Of a stretch of 60,274 nucleotides of DNA, positions 18,647 to 27,319 are shown in pieces (the first letter of the stretch is position 1; each line of letters opens with the position of its first letter). The position numbers and the translations under genes are program-made. Below the pieces are notes generated by a model, which searched no databases, had not been told where the DNA came from, and worked only from the letters and a program-made list of their open reading frames with translations. This DNA comes from a virus (Duplodnaviria > Caudoviricetes): positions 1 to 60,274 of IMG/VR virus record IMGVR_UViG_3300033412_000014. One strand, written 5' to 3'.

Positions 18647-20188
18647 ATGGATGCGATCGACGTTCTGGGGTTCGCCGGCGGTTTCACGCTTGGCATGACG
18701 CAGGCGGGTTTCAGGCTCGTCGGTAAGCGGGAGATGAAGGGCGGCTTTGGCGTCGCGAACTGCGAGGCCAACCGCCATCTCCTGGGTCACGACTGGAAGG
18801 CCGAGGCGGGCGATCCAGCGACGTGGTCCGTTCCAGTGGGAGGCGCACCTGTCGTCTTTGGTAACCCGCCGTGCTCTGGTTTCTCAGTGATGAGCTCGAA
18901 GGAGTTTCGTGGTGCCGACTCGAAGATCAACCACTGCATGTGGGCATTCGCTGAGTATGTGGCAAGAGTTCGTCCTGTGGTGGCGGTCTTCGAGTCCGTT
19001 CCGCAAGCGTTCCGATCACAAGACGGTCACGTACTCATGCAGCAGCTGCGGACGCTTGTTGAAGAGCGGACTGGCTTACTGTACACACTGCACCATGTAC
19101 TGCACAATGCTTACTCGGTTGGCGGTGCTGCGATACGCCCAAGGTATTTCTGGGTGATCTCCCAGGTGCCGTTCGGGATCGAGCGGCCGGTGATGCCGAC
19201 CTACCCGCTCTTCAAGGACGTCATCTGGGACCTGGGGATGTCACCCCAGACGTGGTCGCAGCAGCGGTACAGGCTACCTACAGCAACCGACTGGTTGAAC
19301 CCGCGAATCTCCCCTACGGGGACGTTCGATGGGCACGTAGCGGTCGACAACCCGCTGACGAACCGGCTGCGAGACCTGCTGTACGGTGTCGAGTGGCAGC
19401 CGGGCCAGCACGTCGGTCAAGTCGCTAAGACGTACTACGAGACGCACGGCACGTTGCCCACGTCGTGGCAGTCCACCCAGGAGAAGCTCGTCAAGAACAA
19501 CTTCTTCATGGGATTCACGACGCCCGTCCGCTGGAAGGCCGATCAAGCGGCACGGGTGATCACCGGTGGTGGACCCGTGATGGTCGTTCACCCGTGGCTT
19601 CCTCGAACACTGACACACCGTGAGATCGCGCGGATCCTCGGGTTCCCCGATGACTGGCTGATCGAACCACTGAAGGGCGTCCCCGGCCTGGGTATGACGT
19701 GGGGCAAGGGGATCACCGTCGACTGCGGTCGCTGGATCGGCGAGTGGATCCAGCGGGCCATCAACGGTGAACCCGGCACGTACACGGGTGAGATTATCGG
19801 TGACCGGGAAACTGTCATCGACGTTACTCACGATTGGAAACATCACGCAACCTGGTACAGTAACACGGTCGCACAAAAACATAAGACCCCTTCCCCCGTT
19901 AGAAGGAGAATCATGACCGAGCCCGAGGGTGGCGTCGTCGCCACCGAGACCGGCCCCACGCGTGCCGAGAAGATCGCTGCCCGTTCCGCCCAGGTGTACG
20001 AGCTGCTCGCCACCGGCGCCAAGACCCGTGATGAGGTCGCCACCGGCGTGGAGCCGAACCTCACCGTCGCCGAGGCCTACCTCGCGCTGGACCGCCTGCG
20101 CAAGCAGGGCACGGTCGCGTCCGAGCGGCGCGACGGCAAGAGCGTCTGGTTCCGTCCGGACGTCGTCGAGCCGGCGCCGGCCGAGTAA
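18647..20188 (+). CDS. C5-cytosine DNA methyltransferase-fold enzyme (atypical motifs I, VI and X) with in-frame C-terminal winged HTH
   Basis: GNPPCSGFS, FESV, RPRYF and RTLTHREIARILGFPDDW; motif I LGFAGG; motif X WGKGI. Confidence 0.85.
   Translation: MDAIDVLGFAGGFTLGMTQAGFRLVGKREMKGGFGVANCEANRHLLGHDWKAEAGDPATWSVPVGGAPVVFGNPPCSGFSVMSSKEFRGADSKINHCMWAFAEYVARVRPVVAVFESVPQAFRSQDGHVLMQQLRTLVEERTGLLYTLHHVLHNAYSVGGAAIRPRYFWVISQVPFGIERPVMPTYPLFKDVIWDLGMSPQTWSQQRYRLPTATDWLNPRISPTGTFDGHVAVDNPLTNRLRDLLYGVEWQPGQHVGQVAKTYYETHGTLPTSWQSTQEKLVKNNFFMGFTTPVRWKADQAARVITGGGPVMVVHPWLPRTLTHREIARILGFPDDWLIEPLKGVPGLGMTWGKGITVDCGRWIGEWIQRAINGEPGTYTGEIIGDRETVIDVTHDWKHHATWYSNTVAQKHKTPSPVRRRIMTEPEGGVVATETGPTRAEKIAARSAQVYELLATGAKTRDEVATGVEPNLTVAEAYLALDRLRKQGTVASERRDGKSVWFRPDVVEPAPAE
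19913..20188 (+). CDS. Winged-HTH protein, probably also translated from an internal start
   Basis: AGAAGGAG RBS at 19901, in-frame ATG 19913, TGGTACAGT -10 at 19853-19861; VYELLA..TRDEVA....AYLALDRLRKQG.V. Confidence 0.6.
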   Translation: MTEPEGGVVATETGPTRAEKIAARSAQVYELLATGAKTRDEVATGVEPNLTVAEAYLALDRLRKQGTVASERRDGKSVWFRPDVVEPAPAE

Positions 20189-20208
20189 CCACACGGCGGT
20201 ATCATCCC

Positions 20209-20243
20209 TCGCCACCAACCCGGTACCGTAGGGTTGGTGGCGA
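20209..20243 (+). terminator. 13-bp hairpin after the MTase/HTH gene
   Basis: TCGCCACCAACCC / GGGTTGGTGGCGA. Confidence 0.5.
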
Positions 20244-20264
20244 AAGTCGTCTTAGGGAGGCAGT

Positions 20265-20981
20265 GTGGCAACACTCGCGCACAATCTAGACGTACGCCGG
20301 AGTGGTGTGTGGCAGCGGTACCCCGGCATGACGATCTACTGGATCGGTGACACGTCACACCAAGCGGAGCAGTCCGATCACAACCCCGACTCACGTGGGA
20401 TCGTCCACGCGATCGACTGCATGTGCACTCTCGCACAGGGCGACGAGATCGTCCGCTGGGCACTCGCCGATACACGTGATCTCGAATATGTGATCTTCAA
20501 CCGAACGATCTGGTCGCGCTCGTCGAACTTTCAACCTAGGGCGTACACAGGGAGTAACCCACACGTCGATCACGTGCACGTCTCCGGCAAGCACGGCTCC
20601 ACGGGTGAGAACTCAGCCACCGGCACAGGCTATGACACGACCGCAGAGCAGATGTCTCCAAAGGGGATGAATGAAATGACAGTTCCCGATCGCCAGGCGT
20701 ACATCACCGGCATCGAGGTCGAGCAGGGACTCCTCTACCTCGCCGACAGCGTGACCGTCAAGAAGAACGACAACGTCGATCCGAAGATGACGAGCGACGT
20801 CACCATCCCGAACCAGCTCGCCGCCAAGCTCAAGACGCTCGAGGCTAAGTTCGACGGCCTCATGACCAAGGAGCAGGCGACTGAGCTGCTGCAGGCCGTG
20901 AAGAATCTCACCCTCGCCGTGGAGAACAGCACCGGAGCCGCCGGCAACTACGATGCCGTTCTCACCCGCAAGCCCGAGTAG
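20265..20981 (+). CDS. Endolysin, M15-like zinc peptidase
   Basis: WIGD..H...SDHNPD..G.VHAID, YVIFNRTIWS and YTGSNPH..HVHVS actinophage lysin signature. Confidence 0.8.
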   Translation: MATLAHNLDVRRSGVWQRYPGMTIYWIGDTSHQAEQSDHNPDSRGIVHAIDCMCTLAQGDEIVRWALADTRDLEYVIFNRTIWSRSSNFQPRAYTGSNPHVDHVHVSGKHGSTGENSATGTGYDTTAEQMSPKGMNEMTVPDRQAYITGIEVEQGLLYLADSVTVKKNDNVDPKMTSDVTIPNQLAAKLKTLEAKFDGLMTKEQATELLQAVKNLTLAVENSTGAAGNYDAVLTRKPE

Positions 20982-20990
20982 GAGCACTCA

Positions 20991-21419
20991 TTGAGCACGT
21001 CCCCTGACACCAAGAAGTGGTTCGAGAACCTCCAGTGGGTTCACGTCGCGCTGATCACCGTCCTGTGCGCGACCGTGTTCGCGCTGGTCGCGTGGGGCGG
21101 TCAGAAGCTTGACGCGATCTCCACGTTCATCATCGCCATCGCCGGTGTAGGTGGGTATGTCGCCTTGCGGCAGGTTCGTCAAGACTCACAGGACGTCAAG
21201 ACACTGGCGAACGGCAACCTGGAGCGCAAGGACAAGGAGATCGCGGACCTGCAGAACAAGCTGGCCGCGTTCCAGCGAATCCACACCCAGGAGATCGCAC
21301 AGATGGCGGTGCAGGTGCCGAGTACCGCATCTCTGCCGGAGTCGCTTCTCGCCGACCTACACGCGAACGGCGCGGACGCGACAGCCACAACCGTTCAGCT
21401 GCCCGTCATCAGGACGTAG
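20991..21419 (+). CDS. Holin-like membrane protein
   Basis: Two TM helices plus coiled coil, directly after the lysin. Confidence 0.6.
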   Translation: MSTSPDTKKWFENLQWVHVALITVLCATVFALVAWGGQKLDAISTFIIAIAGVGGYVALRQVRQDSQDVKTLANGNLERKDKEIADLQNKLAAFQRIHTQEIAQMAVQVPSTASLPESLLADLHANGADATATTVQLPVIRT

Positions 21420-21440
21420 CAACTCACGTCGCGTGGTGTG

Positions 21441-21472
21441 ACCCCGTTCAAGAAAAAAATCTTGGGCGGGGT
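21441..21472. terminator. Intrinsic terminator-like hairpin
   Basis: ACCCCGTTCAAGA / TCTTGGGCGGGGT followed by CCTTT. Confidence 0.6.
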
Positions 21473-21492
21473 CCTTTCGTTATGACATGATG

Positions 21493-21503
21493 TGTGGTAC
21501 TAT
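21493..21503 (+). promoter_or_regulatory. Extended -10 promoter TGTGGTACTAT
   Basis: Genome-wide motif upstream of a gene start. Confidence 0.65.
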
Positions 21504-21526
21504 ATAGTTAACGGCAAGAGGACAGG

Positions 21527-21955
21527 ATGAAGGAGAAGACGATGATGATCTGCGGTAAGTGCAAGAACCGCCACGAGACGGTCGCCGAGGTTAAGGCGTG
21601 CTACGCCACCGTCGCTCCCGCAGTCACGGCTGTGAAGACGGCCGTCGCGGTTCTGGAGCGGACGCCCGTGACGAAGCCGGGCATGTACGTTCACGACGAG
21701 ATCGTCTACCGCGTGAAGCGCTCCCAGAGCGGCTACCTCTACGCCCAGCGGGTGGAGCTCTTCGACGGCAAGCCGATCTACACCTACGCACCGGGTGTGT
21801 TCAACACGCTCGACGCGAGTGACAAGATGACGATCGAGGCCGCCGAGGCGTATTCGCTTAAGATCAACCACTGCTGCTGCTGCGGCAAGACGCTCACCAA
21901 CACCAAGTCGGTTACGCTGGGCATCGGCCCGGTCTGCCGCAAGAAGTACTTCTGA
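21527..21955 (+). CDS. DUF6011-like zinc-binding protein
   Basis: CCCCGKTLT...S...GIGPVC and N-terminal CGKC...H...C. Confidence 0.75.
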   Translation: MKEKTMMICGKCKNRHETVAEVKACYATVAPAVTAVKTAVAVLERTPVTKPGMYVHDEIVYRVKRSQSGYLYAQRVELFDGKPIYTYAPGVFNTLDASDKMTIEAAEAYSLKINHCCCCGKTLTNTKSVTLGIGPVCRKKYF

Positions 21956-21962
21956 TCTTATG

Positions 21963-22004
21963 GGTGCGATGCAGGTTTGCATCGCACCTACTTTGTGATA
22001 CTAT
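21963..22004 (+). promoter_or_regulatory. Terminator-like hairpin (21963-21988) overlapping promoter TTGCAT...TGTGATACTAT
   Basis: GGTGCGATGCA/TGCATCGCACC stem; motif at 21994-22004. Confidence 0.6.
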
Positions 22005-22039
22005 AGTCTCATCAGGACGAAACGGCTGGAGGACGGGAC

Positions 22040-22261
22040 ATGACCGAGTACGAGCGCACGAAGCAGTTCATTCTCAGGCAGATCGCCGAGTACAAGAACA
22101 CGGAACACCCGGGTGTTCCGCTGACCAACTTCTTGATGTCACACGGTCCGGTTCTTCGTGCCATGCTCAAGAACGGTGAACTGAAGTCGATCGAGATCAC
22201 CCGCAACTCGCCACATCACCCGGGCAAGTCCCGCACTTACACCTACATCACCAACAGCTGA
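22040..22261 (+). CDS. Hypothetical protein
   Basis: GGAGGACGGGAC RBS. Confidence 0.6.
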   Translation: MTEYERTKQFILRQIAEYKNTEHPGVPLTNFLMSHGPVLRAMLKNGELKSIEITRNSPHHPGKSRTYTYITNS

Positions 22262-22272
22262 GAGGACATGAC

Positions 22273-23217
22273 ATGACGATCACCGTAGAACCCGCCGTCA
22301 CCGCCGTGCCGACGAACCTCACCGACACGCAGTTCTCCACGCGTGAGGTATCGTGGATGAAGCTCGGCAAGCTCGTCGACGGTGCGAAGACCGCCGGCGA
22401 GGCCGCGAAGCTCGGCGGACTCGACTTTAAGATCATTCTGACCGCCATCTCGTACCTGCACAAGGACACGCGACTCATCGCACCCAAGCGCAATGCCGTC
22501 ATCCGTGAGGACACGGGCGAGTTCTTCGACCTCGTCTCCGACATCTACCAGCCGCTTCAGTACGCCGAGGCGTTCGACTTCATGGACGCCGTCGACTCGC
22601 AGTACGTCGCCGCCGGTGCGTTGCGTGGTGGACGTCAGGGCTTCATCGTTGTGAAGGCGCCGTTCGAGCTGGACAAGGTCGCCCAGGTGGACCCGCACGA
22701 CCTGTACGCCGTTCTTCGCACGTCGCACGATCGCTCGCGTGGTATCGAGGTCATGGTCATGCCTCTGCGTGACCGGTGCATGAACCAGCTGACGCTTTCG
22801 TCGTTCACCAAGGGTGTACCCCACCGCTGGTCCATCAAGCACTCGCACAACATGCACGTGAAGCTCGCCGAGGCGAAGGACTCGCTGGCGAAGATGGCCG
22901 CCTACGCGGCTCGCTTCGAGCTGCTCGTCGCGCGGCTGATCGACGAGAAGGTCGACGAGGACCGTGCGTTTGCGGTACTGAACGACGTCCTGCCGGCGCG
23001 ACCGAAGACCACCGAGGTCATCCAGAAGATCATCACCCTGCGTGACGCTGAGCAGGTCGGCTTCGCCGGTACCGGCTGGGGTCTCGTCAACGCCGTGTCG
23101 GAGTACTTCGACTGGCAGCGGTCCGGCGGCACCGCCGAGTCCCGCTTCCTCGGTGCACTGGAGGGTCAGTCGACGAAGGCCATCAACAAGACCGTGGTGC
23201 GATTACTTCACAACTGA
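22273..23217 (+). CDS. DUF932-family phage/plasmid protein
   Basis: REVSW..LG, GGLDF, YQPLQ.AEAFDF, AGAL.GG, SHD.S, RDRCMNQL and GT.WGLVNAVSEY.D. Confidence 0.85.
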   Translation: MTITVEPAVTAVPTNLTDTQFSTREVSWMKLGKLVDGAKTAGEAAKLGGLDFKIILTAISYLHKDTRLIAPKRNAVIREDTGEFFDLVSDIYQPLQYAEAFDFMDAVDSQYVAAGALRGGRQGFIVVKAPFELDKVAQVDPHDLYAVLRTSHDRSRGIEVMVMPLRDRCMNQLTLSSFTKGVPHRWSIKHSHNMHVKLAEAKDSLAKMAAYAARFELLVARLIDEKVDEDRAFAVLNDVLPARPKTTEVIQKIITLRDAEQVGFAGTGWGLVNAVSEYFDWQRSGGTAESRFLGALEGQSTKAINKTVVRLLHN

Positions 23218-23284
23218 ACACTCGATCCACTCGTCCGAGCCACTCGTAACGTGGCTCGGGCGAGTCGCATGTAGGAGTAACATC

Positions 23285-23617
23285 ATGGCGGAGGTAAAGG
23301 TACGGTTCTTGAAGGAGAACGGGATCTGTCGGGATGAACCGATCGATCTCTTCTATCCCAAGTATGATGCACCGTCATCGACCGCGGCGGCACGTGAGAT
23401 CTGCAGTCGCTGTCCCGTGAAACCGGAATGTCTTGAGTGGGCCCTCAAGCATCTCGAACAGGGCGTCTGGGGTGGCACGAGTGAGGCAACTCGCCGGTCA
23501 CTGACACGTCCACGGTCGAGAACGAAGTGCATCATCTGCGACGGCGTGAACATCGTCCCGCAGGTTGAACAACATAAGGAAATCTGCGTGGACTGCGGCG
23601 TCTCCTGGCCAGTTTAA
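23285..23617 (+). CDS. whiB: WhiB-family transcription regulator with C-terminal zinc ribbon
   Basis: C...D.F.P, AREICSRCPVKPECLEWAL and GVWGGTSEATR; extra CxxC...CxxC. Confidence 0.9.
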   Translation: MAEVKVRFLKENGICRDEPIDLFYPKYDAPSSTAAAREICSRCPVKPECLEWALKHLEQGVWGGTSEATRRSLTRPRSRTKCIICDGVNIVPQVEQHKEICVDCGVSWPV

Positions 23618-23664
23618 CTGATATTACCCGTTTGACCCAGTTCAATCACCTCCCCAGAACATAG

Positions 23665-23705
23665 AACGGTCCGTCCCTAGGTAGTTACCCTGGAGACGGA
23701 CCGTT
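23665..23705. terminator. Bidirectional terminator between the converging arms
   Basis: AACGGTCCGTC / GACGGACCGTT stem with T-tract. Confidence 0.75.
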
Positions 23706-23739
23706 TTCTTGTCTGTAAGAGCTACGCAGCCCAGACGGG

Positions 23740-24801
23740 CTAACTACGCTGAATCGCCAGTGCTCGGGTCCACGATTCGAGCCATTTGAAGGCGTTTCTC
23801 TCAATCGTGAGATGATCGATGACGACCTGCCGCCACATCTCGCTCAACGTCGCCCGCTCGCCCTCGTTCTTGAGCAATCGGGAGATCGTTCGGTACCAGT
23901 CCTTCGTCGTAGGCGCGATGAACCCGATTCCGTAGTCCCGCTGGAGTCGCACGTACTCCACCCGCTCCGATGAGATCGGAACGACCCCGACCGACGCGTA
24001 TTCCAGTGGCTTAAGCCACGACTTGGCACGGTTGAAGCGGGTGTTCGCGGTAGGTGCAACACCGACACCGATGTGATCCGCGAGACCCTTGTGCCAGTCG
24101 AGGAACTCGATCTTCCCGACGACATCGATCTTATCGGCGAGTGTTGAGCCGACGACCGTCTCGAGCCGGTCACCAGGACCGATGAGACGGAAGGTGCCGA
24201 ACTCGCGCAACACCTTGGAGATCGTCGGACCCATCTGCTGCAGGTCGTTCGGATGTGAGAAGATCGCGCCGGCCCATCCGACGAACGGCATCGGCTCCGC
24301 TGGACGATACTCGGTGAACGCACGTGGCACGTAGTTAGGCAGTACATCACCCGCGGTTCGGCGTGCGTAGACGTTCAGCAGGGACGGTGCCGACACGGTG
24401 ACCAACGTCGCGGATTCACACGCCTCCTGAACGTTCTGCCACGAGTGCTCGCTACCGAGACGTGGATGCATGATGCTAAACGCTGGATTATTCGCGTCGA
24501 TCGCCGACAGGTCGTCATCCATGTCGATGACGACGGCGACACCCTTGCTCCGCATCAACGGAATCGCCTGAATGAGGAACTTGTGCGTGGGTCGCTGCAA
24601 CACAACCACGTCGGCATCCGGAGGCATGAGCACGTTGATCATCTTGTCATGACCGGTCATCTTCGCCTGGAACATATGTGGTGAGTTCTTGTCGGTCACC
24701 ACGGTGACATCTACGCCTGCGGCAGCCAACGACTGCGCCGGCCAGATGAGGCGATAGTACCCACACCCCGTCTGATCGGCGGGGTACACGTAAACCTTCA
24801 C
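23740..24801 (-). CDS. GT-B (GT4-like) glycosyltransferase
   Basis: GCGYYRL..P, DMDDD, VGWAG and FNRAKSWLKPLEYAS.G. Confidence 0.85.
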   Translation of the reverse strand: MKVYVYPADQTGCGYYRLIWPAQSLAAAGVDVTVVTDKNSPHMFQAKMTGHDKMINVLMPPDADVVVLQRPTHKFLIQAIPLMRSKGVAVVIDMDDDLSAIDANNPAFSIMHPRLGSEHSWQNVQEACESATLVTVSAPSLLNVYARRTAGDVLPNYVPRAFTEYRPAEPMPFVGWAGAIFSHPNDLQQMGPTISKVLREFGTFRLIGPGDRLETVVGSTLADKIDVVGKIEFLDWHKGLADHIGVGVAPTANTRFNRAKSWLKPLEYASVGVVPISSERVEYVRLQRDYGIGFIAPTTKDWYRTISRLLKNEGERATLSEMWRQVVIDHLTIERNAFKWLESWTRALAIQRS

Positions 24802-24802
24802 A

Positions 24803-25408
24803 TCACCACCGGTCCGGCCGTCCCGAGGTGTTCCCGGAGTCGTGGTGCCAGAGCCACGTCTTGGCGACGAGATGCGAGATCTTCGCACCGGCGGCGAGGC
24901 AACCCAGCGTGAACTGCCAGTCCTCACCCCATCGCTGACCGTCGATCGTGTCCTCGCCCTCGGGTGGGATGAACCGCACCTGCTTGGCGAGCTCCGTCCG
25001 AACCAGCGTCGTCACGGTGGTCTGCCGCGGGTTGGCGTCGTCCCACGGGTTGAGGTAGTGTCCAGGTGGGAAGACCGGGTCGTTCTCGATGATCACACCG
25101 TCGGGTCGTACGACCTTGAACCACGAGTAGGCGTAGTCGGCGCCGGTCTGAAGTGCGTGATCGAGCAGGAGTTCCAGGTGGAGTGGCAGGAACTCGTCGT
25201 CGTCATCGAGGAACGCGACCCAGGGGGTGGTGACACCGTCCAGTGCGCGCTGCCGTGTCGGGCCGGCACCTTCCCTGTGAAGGTCTAGCGCGATCGAGAT
25301 ACCCGCGGCGGCGTGTGTCTGGTTGAGCACAGAGTACACCGCGCGTCGCAGGAGGCGAGCGCGCGGCGAGATCGACGGTATGACGACCGTCACGTCGTTG
25401 GAGGTCAT
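24803..25408 (-). CDS. GT2-family glycosyltransferase
   Basis: VTVVIPS, WVAFLDDDD and GEDW. Confidence 0.88.
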   Translation of the reverse strand: MTSNDVTVVIPSISPRARLLRRAVYSVLNQTHAAAGISIALDLHREGAGPTRQRALDGVTTPWVAFLDDDDEFLPLHLELLLDHALQTGADYAYSWFKVVRPDGVIIENDPVFPPGHYLNPWDDANPRQTTVTTLVRTELAKQVRFIPPEGEDTIDGQRWGEDWQFTLGCLAAGAKISHLVAKTWLWHHDSGNTSGRPDRW

Positions 25409-25417
25409 GCAGCTACT

Positions 25418-26083
25418 CTACCACGGTGCTCTACCCCACTTCTTGACGAACGTCTCACGGTCACGGCCGGCCTGCTCGGCCAGCTCACCGACGGTTGTGC
25501 TGTCTGGGTAGAGGTGTGCGAAGCCCTCCCACGCACCGCCGACGTGAACGACACCACCGAGATCGCGGCACCGCCAGTCGAGGTCGTTATCACCGTACCA
25601 CCAGCCAAAGTCCTCGTCGGCGAGCAGCTTCAGTGATCCGCGAAGTGCGAACGCGAACCCGAGCATGCGAAGTGTGTTTCCTCGCATGTCGACCTTGAAC
25701 GCGGTGGTGCGCATACCCGGTGCAGGGCAGGCAGCCGCTGCTTCCTCCCGCTGGATGTTCACGTCGAGCCGCTGAACGAAGCCCGGAGGGACACGCAGAT
25801 CGTCGTTCAGTACGGCGACGGTGAACTCATCACTAGGAGACATCACCTCCTGGTAGTGGTATGCGGCACGGAGGCCGGTGTTCCACCACCGCTGGATGTT
25901 GATGGGTTTCTCACGGTCCTGCAGGACGACCACGTTCGGGTGCGAGATCGTGATCCGGTCATAACCCGTGTCGACGATGATCACACGAACGCCACCGTAG
26001 TCGACGAGATCGTGTATGAGATCGGCGAGTTCCACCGGTCGGTGACCGGACGGGATGACGGCGTAAAGGTTGCGGTCCGTCAT
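25418..26083 (-). CDS. GT-A glycosyltransferase
   Basis: AVIPS, IIVDTG, WWNTG, VLNDD and WWYGDNDL. Confidence 0.8.
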   Translation of the reverse strand: MTDRNLYAVIPSGHRPVELADLIHDLVDYGGVRVIIVDTGYDRITISHPNVVVLQDREKPINIQRWWNTGLRAAYHYQEVMSPSDEFTVAVLNDDLRVPPGFVQRLDVNIQREEAAAACPAPGMRTTAFKVDMRGNTLRMLGFAFALRGSLKLLADEDFGWWYGDNDLDWRCRDLGGVVHVGGAWEGFAHLYPDSTTVGELAEQAGRDRETFVKKWGRAPW

Positions 26084-26634
26084 CGCGGCATCATCGCCAG
26101 CGCATACGCGTCACCAGGCGGGTAGGCGTATTCGACGTGAACGTCCTTGAAGTGCGTCTCTAGCTCGAACCGAAGGTGGCCCTCCGGCACGTTCTCGTAC
26201 CACTCGCCGTCCGCCGGGGACGGTGCTCCCGTCGCGCCGTGCTCCGGTCGATTAATCGATGCGCAGGTGACGATGAAGTATCCGCGCGGAGTTAGCACGT
26301 CACGTGCCGTCTGGATGATCGCTCGCCAGTTCTCGAGGTGTTCGAACACCTCGGTGCAGAGCACGACGTCGAACTTCGCACCGTCTTCAGGACGCCAGGT
26401 GGTTGCATCTGCAATCACATACTGGTTCCAGTGGTGATTGAACCGCTCAGGAGGCAGGTTGTCGGTGAAGGGTTCCGCCTCATCGATGACGGTCCAGTCG
26501 GCGTTGGGCAGCTCGGGTCGCGCGGAGCCGTTCCAGTACGCACCGCCGATGTCGAGCGCTCGCCAGGGCTCCTCCGTGTTGATGCCGCTTCGCTGGATCA
26601 TACGGCGAACGGCCAGGTACGCTTCAGCATGCAT
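26080..26634 (-). CDS. Class I SAM-dependent methyltransferase (leaderless)
   Basis: ALDIGG, FDVVLCTEVFEH and L.PRG; TACTAT -10 6 nt before ATG 26634. Confidence 0.85.
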   Translation of the reverse strand: MHAEAYLAVRRMIQRSGINTEEPWRALDIGGAYWNGSARPELPNADWTVIDEAEPFTDNLPPERFNHHWNQYVIADATTWRPEDGAKFDVVLCTEVFEHLENWRAIIQTARDVLTPRGYFIVTCASINRPEHGATGAPSPADGEWYENVPEGHLRFELETHFKDVHVEYAYPPGDAYALAMMPR

Positions 26635-26650
26635 GAGCTGATAGTACCAC

Positions 26651-27319
26651 TTAGTACATCTCGAGAAGGAGTGAGACCTCGTTGTTGGCACTTCCGTTGG
26701 ATGAAACGGCACCGCTGCCACTGGATCTCACCGCGAGTACACCGATCGAGATCTCTCCAGCACCGATCCCTGTGACCGTCTTGACGAGTGTCTCGTTCAT
26801 CGCACGTCCTGCGATGTCGATGTTGACCTGGTGCGAGGAGAACAGTGTTCCCGTGCTGTCGAGGGTGCTGCCACTCATCCAGCGGCACCGTAGCTGGACG
26901 ATGTCGCCTACGATGCCCGACTGCACGTGACCAACCCACGTGAGCTTGTAGCGAGCGTCATCAACCGCGGTGAAGGTGATCTGATCAAGGAGTGTCTCAA
27001 TCGTGGTGAATGTGCCAACCGTTGAGGTGCGAGTGACTTCATCGATAAAACCCGTGTTGACATCGGCGTACGTACCAATGATGTAGTTGCCCTGTGGGGG
27101 AACAACCATCACCATTACACGCTGGTTGATTCGCACGGGACCGATCAAGCTCATCGCTCGCGATACACCTTGGTCATCACCGTCGACGATCAACTGAACG
27201 TTGGCGATCGACGCGGCGTTGACCACAGTGGCGGGTAGCAGCCGCCAGACGAGACCTGCACGTTGTGCGTTCTCGATCACCGCGGAGAGACCTGCTACGT
27301 GTACGTCAACACCGCTCAT
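26651..27319 (-). CDS. Minor tail protein
   Basis: OB-like N-terminus and beta-rich C-terminus; last gene of the tail module. Confidence 0.6.
   Translation of the reverse strand: MSGVDVHVAGLSAVIENAQRAGLVWRLLPATVVNAASIANVQLIVDGDDQGVSRAMSLIGPVRINQRVMVMVVPPQGNYIIGTYADVNTGFIDEVTRTSTVGTFTTIETLLDQITFTAVDDARYKLTWVGHVQSGIVGDIVQLRCRWMSGSTLDSTGTLFSSHQVNIDIAGRAMNETLVKTVTGIGAGEISIGVLAVRSSGSGAVSSNGSANNEVSLLLEMY

Noticed and set aside
23042-23284. Extended WhiB N-terminus
   Set aside because: It overlaps the DUF932 gene and a terminator-like hairpin; the RBS supports 23285
26080-26634. CmoA-like carboxy-SAM synthase partner for the atypical MTase
   Set aside because: It resembles a glycan-cluster methyltransferase and sits with the tail-region GTs; no CmoA signature was recognised, though an HMM search is needed to exclude it
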